Below the pieces are notes generated by a model. It was not told where the DNA came from. It saw only the letters and a list, made by a program, of their open reading frames with translations, and searched no databases. The position numbers and the translations under genes were made by a program. This document shows positions 44,860 to 59,324 of a stretch of 64,000 nucleotides of DNA, one piece after another. Source of the DNA: Nemertoderma westbladi (lineage: Eukaryota > Animalia > Xenacoelomorpha); the NCBI GenBank assembly GCA_032718475.1, contig JAUCBJ010002087.1, forward strand, positions 1 through 64,000, given 5' to 3'. Position 1 is the first letter of the stretch. The number at the start of each line of letters is the position of its first letter.

Positions 44860-47760
44860 GTATAAGTGTTTCAGAGGTGGCTAATCATGATAAAACTTGT
44901 TAAAATATTTTCTTTAATTTATTTGATATATTCTAGAAATGCAACCATCATATTTGGTGCTATTTTAATACCAAAAAGGACGAAAAGTACAAGTAAAATA
45001 ATGTCAAGCTAAACAATTTTGTGTTGGTTTTGATAATTCTGAAGGTAGGCCTACTTGTATACGGGTTTTCGAGGTCGCCCATAATGATGAAACTATTGTT
45101 ATAAATATTTATGATAATGCGAACCCAATTTTGGTGCCATTCTGGTGGCCCTGAACGAAAAGTACAAGTAGCGAAAAATTACAAACTGCTAAATTGCGCC
45201 TTTGGTTTGGTAATGCTGAGATTCTAGTACAGTTTTCAAGGTCGCTGATCACGATACAACTCGTTAAAAATCATTCGTGGTAACGCAACTAACGTTTTTG
45301 GTGCTTTTGTGGTGGGGGCTCATTCCAAAGTAAAGTACGGCATGATGTTTCTAGGGAGTAGATTATGAAACTAGATTGTAATTGTTTCTTAATATGACGC
45401 AACACAAACGTGCTTTGCATTCCACTGGGTGTTTGGGCTTAGTTAGACTACTTCTCTGTGTTTAAATTAAAAATTTCACTATTTTTTGGTAAAGTATGGG
45501 ACTTTACATTCATAAACCCAAAGATTTCTTGACTGAGGAATGATTCTCAGTTCAAATATAGACTCCTATTCTTACGGCCGACTATGACCTTAGAGTATTA
45601 TATCACTCATGGCTTCACATATTACATTAATACAGTGCACTAACATAATCGCCATTTTAATGGTAAAGTATGGGACAATTTTCAATTGGCCGCCATGATA
45701 TTTCTGAGGGAGTGAAGATGAAACTAATTGTTTTATACGATGACGCAACAAAAACGTGCTTTGCATTCCACTGGGTGATTAGGCTGAGTTACATCTCTGT
45801 GAATAAACTAAAAATTTCACTATTTTAGGTAAAGTATGGGACATCACAAGATTAACTTTATCGATTTCATTACAGAGGAATGAAACACTGGTGAAATTAA
45901 ATGAAACCAAAAAAAATCGAAAATGGGTTTGTTTTTGATTTGGTACATGCTCAGAAATGTTAATTTATTGGTCATAGGAAGGTCACAGGAAACGAAACTT
46001 TTGCAGACTTTTATTCACATTTTGTGCAGAGCAGGTGCATAATTTGTAATTCGACTATTTTTGATAAACCACACCTGTGTTGATACAATTTTTAACATTG
46101 AATTCATGAAGTACGATAAATTTTGACCTAAAATAAGTATAAATTCAAAGCTACATCTCATTTTTAGAAATTAGTGTGGAGGTTGACCTTTTCATGGAAT
46201 GAGCCTGGGACGAAAAATACAAGTGTACAACATAAAATTGCAAACGGCAAAAATCGAATTTGGTTGAATAATACGATATATTTGAGTGTCATATTCGTGA
46301 TCAGCATCCCAAAAAGACAATGGTCATAAAATCAATTTGATTATGTGGTGATTTTTAATTCTCATATTTCCACTACATGTTTTTTTGAAAACATTCAAAA
46401 TTACCAAAAAATTACGTCACATTCAAAATTACTAAAAATTGTCTCGAATGTTATATTTCAGTTCTATAATCGTGACCAGCATCCAAAAATCGCTATATAC
46501 CGCAATTAAATTAATTTTAGGCCCATTCCATGCAAATGTCAACCGTAGTGCCAATTTTGAAAAAAGTGAATTATTGCTTCTCATATCAATTTTCAGAACT
46601 GATATGATGCGATTTACAAATTTAATACAAAAATCCGCATAAAAATTGGTTAACTTTCTGAAATCTGGTGTTATTCGCCCTTACTGTACCTCTAAAACTG
46701 CAAAAATACAGTGAACTGAGTGCATAATATGACAACCGCGTCTTATGAGTAGCTTTAGGCAGAAGGTAACGTAATATAGTACTTTTCGAAGCAAAACAAT
46801 CATATTTTCTAATGATATAATTTGCTGTCAATTAAAACAACGTTGTGTCTAAAAATTCATTGCTCAAAGTCTACTTACATACTTACAGCATAATATCCCG
46901 CACTTTACGCTGAAAACCATATTTTGTTTGTACAGGATAGACATAATTATTATAATAGAATGATGTTATGTCGTTTGCAAAGCACAAATATATGTACTTG
47001 TAATCTGGAGTACTTAGTTTGTTTGTGGTGTTTCATGTTTTGTGGTAAACAGGTATCCCGCACTTTACGTAAAGTGCGAGACAAAAAGTAGAAATATCAA
47101 AGGAAGTTGAGTAAGCGTGCACTTAGATGGAAGAACTTCAACTGGAATAATCGTAACAGACATAATAACTTCCATATCAATCTCTGATATTACATTACTA
47201 CACATATATTTCAGTAAATATACTCAAAATTGTAATTCCCATTTTTATTAGTTTTTACATACTCTGAATAATATTTTGTAGGCCTGTCATTAACCCTTTC
47301 CTGGCTGAAGCCGGAGCGTACTACAGTCCCTATCTCATTCTAGATCCCGTTTCTCAAACTGGGTACCTTCTCTCTTACCTCACTCTTACTAACTCAAACC
47401 TGTCTGGTTTACTCAAACCCAACTCAAACTAACAATCACTTTATAACTATCACTTATTTAGTCTGAATAATGTAATAATTAACGATTTAATGTATTTACA
47501 AATGATAAAATCGCACGTGTCCCGCACTTTACAATGAAATGTCCCACACTTTACATGTCTTTGCTGCACTTAAACTACTCCCCTGTTTCATTGATGTTAC
47601 CTACCAGCTTACTAAAGGCTAATTTATTTTCCCTACATATCTTGGAATATCATGAAACAGAACATTTCCCATTAACTTTACCCAATTCGCTGAACTTTAG
47701 CAATGAAGTTGACAGTTGAGAATTTCACTTTCGTACGCGTCCCGCAATTGACAATTTTTT
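44860..47760. repeat. Mosaic of decayed non-autonomous DNA-transposon sequence with internal direct and inverted motifs
   Basis: GGTCGCTGATCACGAT-like units at ~44877, 45073 and 45240, with inverted copies at ~46294 and 46469. A ~200-bp block is duplicated at ~354-bp spacing (45341/45695). GTAAAGTATGGGAC (45489, 45663, 45829) faces inverted TCCCGCACTTTAC (46896, 47056, 47520). Confidence 0.45.
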
Positions 47761-47927
47761 GAAGCAATAATTCTGAGACATAAACTGCTGCAGGTTTTGC
47801 AAACTGTTTTTTTTACTGAACCGATAATTGGTTTTTCTAAGAAACACAAGCATTATAATATTTTAGTTCATTTTCTTGATGTACAGTGCTAAAGTATGCA
47901 CAAAAAGTCGCGCGAATGTAGTCGGAC

Positions 47928-50900
47928 GGACCTTTTTCTTATTCAGACCTTCTTTCTATTCGGACCTCCGTCCCACTCGCACCTTCTTCCCATTCGGACC
48001 TTCTTCCTATTCGGACCTTCTTTCTATTCGGACCTCCGTCCCACTCGCACCTTCTTCCTATTCGGACCTCCGTCCCACTCGCACCTTCTTCCCATTCGGA
48101 CCTTCTTCCTATTCGGACCTTCTTCCTATTCGGACCTCCGTCCCACTCGGACCTTCTTCCTATTCGGACCTTCTTCCTATTCGGACCTTCTTCCTATTCG
48201 GACCTCCGTCCCACTCGCACCTTCTTCCCATTCGGACCTTCTTCCTATTCGGACCTTCTTCCTATGCGGACCTCCGTCCCACTCGGACGTTCTTCCTATT
48301 CGGACCTCCGTCCCACTCGCACCTTCTTCCTATTCGGACCTCCGTCCCACTCGCACCTTCTTCCCATTCGGACCTTCTTCCTATTCGGACCTTCTTCCTA
48401 TTCGGACCTCCGTCCCACTCGGACCTTCTTCCTATTCGGTCCTCCGTCCCACTCGGACCTTCTTCCTATTCGGACCTCCGTCCCACTCGGACCTTCTTCT
48501 TATTCGAACCTCCTTCCTATTCGGACCTACGTCCCACTCGGACCTTCTTCCTATTCGGACCTTCTTTCTATTCGGACTTCAGTCCCACTCGGACCTTCTT
48601 CCTATTCGGACCTCCGTCCCACTCGCACCTTCTTCCTATTCGGACCACCGTCCCACTCGGACCTTCTTCCTATTCGGACCTCCGTCCCACTCAGACCTTC
48701 TTCCTATTCGGACCTCTGTCCCACTCGGACCTTCTTTCTATTCGGACCTCTGTTCCACTCGGACCTTCTTCCTATTCGGACCTTCTTCCTATTCGGACCT
48801 CCGTCCCACTCGGACCTTCTTCCTATTCGGACCTCCTTCCTATTCGGACCTACGTCCCACTTGGACCTTCTTCCTATTCGGACCTTCTTTCTATTCGGAC
48901 TTCAGTCCCACTCGGACCTTCTTCCTATTCGGACCTCCGTCCCACTCGCACCTTCTTCCTATTCGGACCACCGTCCCACTCGGACCTTCTTCCTATTCGG
49001 ACCTCCGTCCCACTCAGACCTTCTTCCTATTCGGACCTCCGTCCCACACGGACCTTCTTCCTATTCGGACCTTCTTCCTATTCGGACCTCCGTCCCACTC
49101 AGACCTTCCTATTCGGACCTCCGTCCCACTCGGACCTTCTTCCTATTCGGACCTCTGTCCCACTCGGACCTTCTTCCTATTCGGACCTCTGTCCCACTCG
49201 GACCTTCTTCCTAGTCGGAACTTCTTCCTATTCGGACCTCCGTCCCACACGGGCCTTCTTCCTATTCGGACCTCCGTCCCACTCGGACCTTCTTCCTATT
49301 CGGACCTCTGTCCCACTCGGACCTTCTTCCTATTCGGACCTCTGTCCCACTCGGACCGTCTTCCTATTCGGACCTTCTTCCTATTCGGACCTCCGTCCCA
49401 CTCGGACCTTCTTCCTATTCGGACCTCCGTCCCACTCGGACCTTCTTCCTATTCGGACCTCCGTCCCACTCGGACCTTCTTCCTATTCGGACCTCCGTCC
49501 CACTCAGACCTTCTTCCTATTCGGACCTCCGTCCCACTCAGACCTTCTTCCTATTCGGACCTCCGTCCCACTCAGACCTTCTTCCTATTCGGACCTCCGT
49601 CCCACTCGGACCTTCTTCCTATTCGGACCTCCTTCCTATTCGGACCTCCGTCCCACTCAGACCTTCTTCCTATTCAGACCTCTGTCCCACTCAAACCTTC
49701 TTCCTATTCGGACCTCTGTCCCACTCGGACCTTCTTCCTATTCGGACCTCTGTTCCACTCGGACCTTCTTCATATTCGGACCTCCGTCCCACTCGGACCT
49801 TCTTCCTATTCGGACCTCCGTCCCACTCGGACCTTCTTCCTATTCGGACCTACGTCCCATTCGGACCTTCTTCCTATTCGGACCTCCGTCCCACTCAGAC
49901 CTTCTTCCTATTCGGACCTCCGTCCTACTCGGACCTTCTTCCTATTCGGACCTCTGTCCCACTCGGACCTTCTTCCTATTCGGACCTCCATCCCACTCGG
50001 ACCTTCTTCCTATTCGGACATCTGTCCCACTCGGACCTTCTTCCTATTCGGACCTCTGTCCCACTCGGACCTTCTTCCTATTCGGACCTTCTTCGTATTC
50101 GGACCTCCGTCCCACACGGACCTTCTTCCTATTCAGACCTCTGTCCCACTCGGACCTTCTTCCTATTCGGACCTCTGTCCCACTCGGACCTTCTTCCTAT
50201 TCGGACCTCTGTCCCACTCGGACCTTCTTCCTATTCGGACCTCTGTCCCACTCGGACCTTCTTCCTATTCGGACCTTCTTCCTATTCGGACCTCCGTCCC
50301 ACTCGGACCTTCTTCCTATTCGGACCTTCTTCCTATTCGGACCTCCGTCCCACTCGGACCTTCTTCCTATTCGGACCTTCTTCCCACTCGGACCTTCTTC
50401 CTATTCGGACCTCCGTCCCACTCGGGCCTTCTTCCTATTCGGACCTTCTTCCTATTCGGACCTTTGTCCCACTCGGACCTTCTTCCTATTCGGACCTCCG
50501 TCCCACTCGGGCCTTCTTCCTATTCGGACCTTCTTCCTATTCGGACCTCTGTCCCACTCGGACCTTCTTCCTATTCGGACCTTCTTCCTATTCGGACCTC
50601 CGTCCCACACGGACCTTCTTCCTATTCGGACCTCCGTCCCACTCGGACCTCCGTCCCACTCGGACCTTCTTCCTATTCGGACCTCCATCCCACTCGGACC
50701 TTCTTCCTATTCGGACCTCCGTCCCACTCAAACCTTCTTCCTATTCGGACCTCTGTCCCACTCGGACCTTCTTCCTATTCGGACCTCCGTCCCACACGGA
50801 CCTTCTTCCTATTCGGACCTTCTTCCTATTCGGACCTCCGTCCCACTCAGACCTTCCTATTCGGACCTCCGTCCCACTCGGACCTTCTTCCTATTCGGAC

Positions 50901-53900
50901 CTCTGTCCCACTCGGACCTTCTTCCTATTCGGACCTCTGTCCCACTCGGACCTTCTTCCTATTCGGAACTTCTTCCTATTCGGACCTCCTTCCCACACGG
51001 ACCTTCTTCCTATTCGGACCTTCTTCCTATTCGGACCTCCGTCCCACTCAGACCTTCCTATTCGGACCTCCGTCCCACTCGGACCTTCTTCCTATTCGGA
51101 CCTCTGTCCCACTCGTACCTTCTTCCTATTCGGACCTCTGTCCCACTCGGACCTTCTTCCTATTCGGAACTTCTTCCTATTCGGACCTCCGTCCCACTCA
51201 GACCTTCCTATTCGGACCTCCGTCCCACTCGGACCTTCTTCCTATTCGGACCTCCGTCCCACTCGGTCCTTCTTCCTATTCGGACCTCTGTCCCACTCGG
51301 ACCTTCTTCCTATTCGGACCTCTGTCCCACTCGGACCTTCTTCCTATTCGGACCTTCTTCCTATTCGGACCTCCGTCCCACACGGACCGGACCTTCTTCC
51401 TATTCGGACCTCCGTCCCACTCGGACCTTCTTCCTATTCGGACCTCCGTCCCACTCGGACCTTCTTCCTATTCAGACCTCCGTCCCACTCAGACCTTCTT
51501 CCTATTCGGAATTCCGTCCCACTCGGACCTTCTTCCTATTCGGACCTCCGTCCCACTCAGACCTTCTTCATATTCGGACCTCCGTCCCACTCGGACCTTC
51601 TTCCTATTCGGACCTCCGTCCCACTCGGACCTTCTTCCTATTCGGACCTCCGTCCCACTCAGACCTTCTTCCTATTCGGACCTCCGTCCCACTCGGACCT
51701 TCTTCCTATTCGGACCTTCTTCCTATTCGGACCTCTGTCCCACTCGGACCTTCTTCCTATTCGGACCTCCGTCCCACTCAGACCTTCTTCATATTCGGAC
51801 CTCCGTCCCACTCGGACCTTCTTCCTATTCGGACCTCCGTCCCACTCGGACCTTCTTCCTATTCGGACCTCCGTCCCACTCAGACCTTCTTCATATTCGG
51901 ACCTCCGTCCCACTCGGACCTTCTTCCTATTCGGACCTCCGTCCCACTCGGACCTTCTTCCTATTCGGACCTCCGTCCCACTCAGACCTTCTTCCTATTC
52001 GGACCTCCGTCCCACTCGGACCTTCTTCCTATTCGGACCTTCTTCCTATTCGGACCTCTGTCCCACTCGGACCTTCTTCCTATTCGGACCTCCGTCCCAC
52101 TCAGACCTTCTTCCTATTCGGACCTCCGTCCCACTCAGACCTTCTTCCTATTCGGACCTCCGTCCCACTCAGACCTTCTTCCTATTCGGACCTCCTTCCT
52201 ATTCGGACCTCCGTCCCACTCGGACCTTCTTCCTATTCAGACCTCTGTCCCACTCGGACCTCCTTCCTATTCGGACCTCCGTCCCACTCGGACCTTCTTC
52301 CTATTCAGACCTCCGTCCCACTCGGACCTTCTTCCTATTCGGACCTTCTTCCTATTCGGACCTCCGTCCCACTCGGACCTTCTTCCTATTCGGACCTCCG
52401 TCCCACTCAGACCCTCTTCCTATTCGGACCTCCGTCCCACTCAGACCTTCTTCCTATTCGGACCTCCGTCCCACTCGGACCTTCTTCCTATTCGGACCTC
52501 CGTCCCACTCGGACCTTCTTCCTATTCGGACCTTCTTCCTATTCGGACCTCCGTCCCACTCGGACCTTCTTCCTATTCGGACCTTCTTCCTATTCGGACC
52601 TCCGTCCCACTCGGACCTTCTTCCTATTCGGACCTTCTTCCCACTCGGACCTTCTTCCTATTCGGACCTCCGTCCCACTCGGGCCTTCTTCCTATTCGGA
52701 CCTTCTTCCTATTCGGACCTCTGTCCCACTCGGACCTTCTTCCTATTCGGACCTCCGTCCCACTCGGGCCTTCTTCCTATTCGGACCTTCTTCCTATTCG
52801 GACCTCTGTCCCACTCGGACCTTCTTCCTATTCGGACCTTCTTCCTATTCGGACCTCCGTCCCACACGGACCTTCTTCCTATTCGGACCTCCGTCCCACT
52901 CGGACCTCCGTCCCACTCGGACCTTCTTCCTATTCGGACCTCCATCCCACTCGGACCTTCTTCCTATTCGGACCTCCGTCCCACTCAAACCTTCTTCCTA
53001 TTCGGACCTCTGTCCCACTCGGACCTTCTTCCTATTCGGACCTCCGTCCCACACGGACCTTCTTCCTATTCGGACCTTCTTCCTATTCGGACCTCCGTCC
53101 CACTCAGACCTTCCTATTCGGACCTCCGTCCCACTCGGACCTTCTTCCTATTCGGACCTCTGTCCCACTCGGACCTTCTTCCAATTCGGACCTCTGTCCC
53201 ACTCGGACCTTCTTCCTATTCGGAACTTCTTCCTATTCGGACCTCCTTCCCACACGGACCTTCTTCCTATTCGGACCTTCTTCCTATTCGGACCTCCGTC
53301 CCACTCAGACCTTCCTATTCGGACCTCCGTCCCACTCGGACCTTCTTCCTATTCGGACCTCTGTCCCTCCCGTACCTTCTTCCTATTCGGACCTCTGTCC
53401 CACTCGGACCTTCTTCCTATTCGGAACTTCTTCCTATTCGGACCTCCGTCCCACTCAGACCTTCCTATTCGGACCTCCGTCCCACTCGGACCTTCTTCCT
53501 ATTCGGACCTCCGTCCCACTCGGTCCTTCTTCCTATTCGGACCTCTGTCCCACTCGGACCTTCTTCCTATTCGGACCTCTGTCCCACTCGGACCTTCTTC
53601 CTATTCGGACCTTCTTCCTATTCGGACCTCCGTCCCACACGGACCGGACCTTCTTCCTATTCGGACCTCCGTCCCACTCGGACCTTCTTCCTATTCGGAC
53701 CTCCGTCCCACTCGGACCTTCTTCCTATTCAGACCTCCGTCCCACTCAGACCTTCTTCCTATTCGGAATTCCGTCCCACTCGGACCTTCTTCCTATTCGG
53801 ACCTCCGTCCCACTCAGACCTTCTTCATATTCGGACCTCCGTCCCACTCGGACCTTCTTCCTATTCGGACCTCCGTCCCACTCGGACCTTCTTCCTATTC

Positions 53901-55130
53901 GGACCTCCGTCCCACTCAGACCTTCTTCCTATTCGGACCTCCGTCCCACTCGGACCTTCTTCCTATTCGGACCTTCTTCCTATTCGGACCTCTGTCCCAC
54001 TCGGACCTTCTTCCTATTCGGACCTCCGTCCCACTCAGACCTTCTTCATATTCGGACCTCCGTCCCACTCGGACCTTCTTCCTATTCGGACCTCCGTCCC
54101 ACTCGGACCTTCTTCCTATTCGGACCTCCGTCCCACTCAGACCTTCTTCATATTCGGACCTCCGTCCCACTCGGACCTTCTTCCTATTCGGACCTCCGTC
54201 CCACTCGGACCTTCTTCCTATTCGGACCTCCGTCCCACTCAGACCTTCTTCCTATTCGGACCTCCGTCCCACTCGGACCTTCTTCCTATTCGGACCTTCT
54301 TCCTATTCGGACCTCTGTCCCACTCGGACCTTCTTCCTATTCGGACCTCCGTCCCACTCAGACCTTCTTCCTATTCGGACCTCCGTCCCACTCAGACCTT
54401 CTTCCTATTCGGACCTCCGTCCCACTCAGACCTTCTTCCTATTCGGACCTCCTTCCTATTCGGACCTCCGTCCCACTCGGACCTTCTTCCTATTCAGACC
54501 TCTGTCCCACTCGGACCTCCTTCCTATTCGGACCTCCGTCCCACTCGGACCTTCTTCCTATTCAGACCTCTGTCCCACTCGGACTTTCTTCCTATTCGGA
54601 CTTCTTCCTATTCGGACCTCTTTCCCACACGGACCTTCTTCCTATTCGGACCTTCTTCCTATTCGGACCTCCGTCCCACTCGGACCTTCTTCCTATTCGG
54701 ACCTCCGTCCCACTCAGACCTTCTTCCTATTCGGACCTCCGTCCCACTCAGACCTTCTTCCTATTCGGACCTCCGTCCCACTCGGACCTTCTTCCTATTC
54801 GGACCTCCGTCCCACTCAGACCTTCTTCCTATTCGGACCTCCGTCCCACTCGGACCTTCTTCCTATTTGGACCTTCTTCCTATTCGGACCTCCGTCCCAC
54901 TCGGACCTTCTTCCTATTCAGACCTCTGTCCCACTCGGACTTTCTTCCTATTCGGACCTTCTTCCTATTCGGACCTCTTTCCCACACGGACCTTCTTCCT
55001 ATTCGGACCTTCTACCTATTCGGACCTCCGTCCCACTCGGACCTTCTTCCTATTCGGACCTCCGTCCCACTCGGACCTTCTTCCTATTCGGACCTCCGTT
55101 CCACTCGGACCTTCTTCCTATTCAGACCTC
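47928..55130. repeat. Minisatellite of two interspersed 17-bp variants (A GGACCTTCTTCCTATTC, B GGACCTCCGTCCCACTC), ~420 units
   Basis: Read directly. Mostly AB and AAB patterns, a pyrimidine-rich plus strand, and a 2,257-bp higher-order duplication. Confidence 0.97.
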
Positions 55131-55481
55131 CTACTCCTACTAGGATCGGCATGCTGCATTGCAGCTGCATTTTTAAGAATGCTGTGCCGGCTTGTCGACA
55201 TAATTGCGCCGCCACAACTCCCTATCACCCATGGCATTTGCTAGATCATCCGCATCTTCAAGGCCAGTGTCCTTTAAGATGCGTCCCAAGAAAGTCATGT
55301 GCTGTCCACCATGCTTATTCACTCCATGAGGCTGCCAAAGCACAAGATTATGCACTGGCTGGTCCTCACGGCGAAAGCAATCTCCTGTAAAGCGGAGACG
55401 ACTTTGTTCCAGTGTCAAGCTTGGGGAAACCAATGAGACACCTCCAATGTTATATAGTGTCTGATTCGAGATGTGTGATTT
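55129..55481 (-). mobile_element. 5'-truncated RTE-clade LINE 3' end inserted in the minisatellite
   Basis: The minus strand encodes HISNQTLY...SRLRFTGDCFRREDQPVHNLVLWQPHG...DTGLEDADDLANAMGDRELWRR, the RTE C-terminal signature, followed by a short 3' UTR and an (AGTAGG)n tail. Confidence 0.82.
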
Positions 55482-55968
55482 GGACCTCTGTTCCACTCGG
55501 ACCTCCGTCCAACTCGGATCTCCGTCCAACTCGGACCTCCATCCCACTCGGAAATTCTTCCTATTCGGACTTCCGTCCAATCTCGGACCTCCGTTCCACT
55601 CGGACCTCCGTCCCACTCGGACCTCTTTCCCACTCGGACCTCCGTCCCACTCGGACCTCCGTCCCACTCGGACCTCCGTCCCACTCGGACCTCCGTCCCA
55701 CTCGGACCTCTTTCCCACTCGGACCTCCGTCCCACTCGGACCTCCGTCCCACTCGGACCTCCGTCCCACTCGGACCTCCGTCCCACTCGGACCTCCATCC
55801 CACTCGGACCTCCGTCCCACTCGGACCTCCGTCCCACTCGGACCTCCGTCCCACCCGGACCCCCGTCCCACTCTGATCTCCGTCCCACTCGGACCTCCGT
55901 CCCACTCGGACCCCCGTCCCACTCTGACCTCCGTCCCACTCGGGCCTCCGTCACACTCGGACCTTCTT
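55482..55968. repeat. Second block of the 17-bp minisatellite, almost purely B-type units
   Basis: About 28 units of GGACCTCCGTCCCACTC with only isolated A-like units. Confidence 0.95.
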
Positions 55969-57318
55969 ATTATTGAGACTGTGATAGTAATACAAATCCT
56001 AGCAAAGAAGTCGAAGAAAATAAATGGCGAGAAACGAATACTTTTATATTGAAAATGTCTGAAAATTAGCATTTCATTAACGAACGGTAGATGAGTCCTA
56101 AACTCAAGTATTAACTAGACGAGACTAAATATCACCAAAATAATAATAAAATTACATAAACGAATATCTATAATAGGGACCGGCTAATCATATCAATCTT
56201 GTGCTTAATTGAGCGCTAACCAAAATAAATATATATTAATTTTAATAATAATCTTAAGTACGTTTTCTACAAATATCTAGAATATTGTGTATGAGACATT
56301 CACGAAATATTACGATCATATATATCTGTGCTTAATGCGCTTCTAATAAGGTGTTGTCAAATTCGGCTTAGCAAAAATACATAGAAATTCGAACGGCTAT
56401 TAATTCGTTTACTTTATTGGGCATTTATAGTGCACTAGGGATGCAAAAGAGCTCCGGCTTTGGTTCCGACTCCGGTCAAATTGATCAGGAGCCAATCCCC
56501 AGCTTCTGTTGTTAAAAATCAAAATAATGTTTTTTAATCTATGAATAATGTAAATATCATAGATATGAACATATCAAGTGTGGATGGAGGATACTCATTG
56601 GCTACAGCTGTTATTCTTGAGTTCACCATCATCCCACTTATGAAGTTTAAATTATTTTAATTCTAAAGCCAGTTTAATAATTATAATTCTTGTATTTATA
56701 TAAAAATTTGCTACCGGTCCTATGTCTGTGTCATTTTTGGGGATTTATAGAAAACATTTAGAGGTTGTCATTTGCAACAACCAAATATATTATCTGGCTA
56801 TCTCACTAATTTGTCATTAGACCCAACATCAATATGTTTTTTATTAGAATCACCATATGAATAACGACCTAACGACGCAGTACTTAATGGACCAATACTG
56901 TCTTTCAAACATAATATTAAAATTAATGTAAATTTCCCCCGAGCAATTTGTCGACCTCTAAAACATTTAGGATAACATTTCATCTCCTAAACACACATCT
57001 TTATACTAGAATAATAAATTAGAATCATCAATCGCCAAAAACTCGTATTTGTTCCGATACCAGATAAGCTCTGTTGCAACTCTAGTGTGTAGGTGTACCT
57101 CCAGGCAGGATTGCTAGAGATTGCTACTGTATATAATAACTTTGGTGCTGTGAAACGGTAAGTAAGAATATAAATAAATTGTAACGAAACATATTGTTTC
57201 AACAACTGGTATCTTTTAAGGTGGAGGCCCGTTGGAATTTACACTCATAATTTTTCTAATATCCCATTCTAGTGGTGTCTGTATCTATTTCACTAAACAA
57301 AAACCGTTTTGAATTCGA

Positions 57319-58840
57319 TTACTTTGATACTAGTTTATGATCTAACGTTTCGCGAACAGCTTGAAGGAAGTCCATAGTGTTGAGATACTGATCGGGTTGT
57401 ACATTACTAATCCCGTAGATACAACCCGCGAGATCTTTAGTCATCCGACCTCCATCCACTGTGTCTACGCACGCCGCCTCTAACGCCTCGCACCACCGTT
57501 GCAATTCGGGGTTCCCGTCCAACTTGCCCCGATGGCTCAACCCCCTGGTCCAGGCGAATATACTAGCTATAGGATTGGTCGAGGTTTGGTTCCCTTTCTG
57601 GTGCTCCCGGTAGTGGCGTGTTACGGTCCCGTGTGCCGCTTCCGACTCGATGGTTTTACCGTCCGGACAGATGAGGATGGAAGCCATCAGACCGAGGGAC
57701 CCGTAACCCTGGGCGATAATATCGGATTCTACGTCCCCATCGTAGTTCTTACAGGCCCAGACGAATCCACCAGACGACTTCAGGGCCTGGGCGACCATAT
57801 CGTCAATAAGACGATGTTCGTACCAGATTCCACGGGACTCAAAATCCTTCTGGTAATCCGCTGCATAGATCTCATCGAAGATATCTTTGAATCTGCCGTC
57901 GTATTTTTTTAGAATTGTGTTCTTTGTGGACATATATAGGGGCCATCCCTTGGCGAGAGAGTACTGGAAGCAAGAGTGGGCAAACCCGTTTATGGATTCG
58001 TCTGTGTTGTACATTCCTGCGTAAAATAAGTTAACAATATACCGTATGTATTCGAAATAGGCCTAGGCCTACTAAAAATTAAGAATTAAAAAAAAATTAA
58101 CAAAAAAAACAACAAAAGTTCATCCTGTGTTAAACTTACTCAAACACTAAACTAACTCCTCTCAAGTTCACTAACTTACCCAAACCAACTCCCCCCGAGT
58201 TCACAAAGTTAAACACAGTCATCTTCTTAACTTCCCCTTTCTGCGGGGTGTATATCATCTCGAACTTCCCGGGACCCTCGGCCACGAAGTCGGTCGCTTT
58301 GTACTGATCCCCAAAGGCGTGACGACCGATAATGATGGGCTTGGTCCACCCCGGGACGAGGCGAGGGATCGTAGAACAAATAATCGGCTCGCGGAAAACT
58401 GTTCCTCCTAAAATGTTACGAATCGTTCCGTTGGGCGATCTCCACATCTCCTTAAGTTTAAACTCTTCAACCCGCTGCTCGTCCGGCGTTATTGTAGCGC
58501 ATTTGATACCAACGTTGTATTTGAGTATGGCTCGCGCAGCTTCCACCGTCACCTCGTCATTCGTCTCATCCCGATACGGCAACCCAAGATCGTAGTATTT
58601 ACAATCCAGATCGAGGTATGGGAAGACCAATTCCTCTTTTATTTTCTGCCAGATAATTCTCGTCATTTCGTCCCCGTCCAACTCCACCACAGGGTTGTCT
58701 ACTTTGATCCTTTTCGCCGCCGTAGTTAATTCCCTATGCCAAACAGGCTGCGTGTTGAATGGTTTCCTGGCAACCCTGCGCCCGATTCTGCAACTTGCGG
58801 ACGGCTTAGTGAAAATCGTAGATAACAGATTTAAACCCAT
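57319..58840 (-). CDS. IDH2: Isocitrate dehydrogenase [NADP], mitochondrial; exons 58840-58180 and 58016-57319; 452 aa
   Basis: Basic N-terminal transit peptide. Motifs [52 protein letters not shown] and [17 protein letters not shown] intron at 58179-58017 (GTAAGT...GCAG) restores GGVGLG|MYNTDESI. Confidence 0.97.
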
Positions 58841-59324
58841 GATTAGTCTATGTGACTGAATGGATGATACAGCAGTGTACAGTAGTCTGGTAGTGCAGTA
58901 GTGGTAGTATGCAGTGATTTGTCTGTAGGCTAGGCTAGGCTACTTCAGCCTGTCAGTACTTTATTTCTGAACACCTATCGCTGTATCGCTATCAGCATAC
59001 GGTGTAAACAGGTTCAGAGGTAAGGCAGTAAGGCAGTTCAGCAGTTTAGCTGGTTGGAACTACTGAAATATGCCTAGTCCGATTTTCTAATCGCTGCTAG
59101 CTGACAACTGGACAGCAAGTCAGCTGGTAGCTTTTAATGCAGTACAGCAGTAATGCTATTACCGCACCGGCAAACGAAAATAAATTTTAACCTGATATAT
59201 TTTTGTAAATGCTATGATACCTAACTGCCAAGTGCCAAACCATGTGATATATGTTCAGCATTGATTGTTTAGCCTATGTTTGAATATTCTATTTTAATAC
59301 AATTTTAGTTTACAACAGCGTAAG

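Noticed and set aside
47876-55390. Giant ORFs of 2504 and 2415 aa (and shorter ORFs on both strands of the array)
   Set aside because: Artefact of a stop-free 17-bp repeat: all plus frames cycle through the same peptides, and there is no credible start, signal or domain.
47928-55968. CRISPR-like array
   Set aside because: No unique spacers, no cas genes, and the context is eukaryotic. It is a two-variant tandem repeat.
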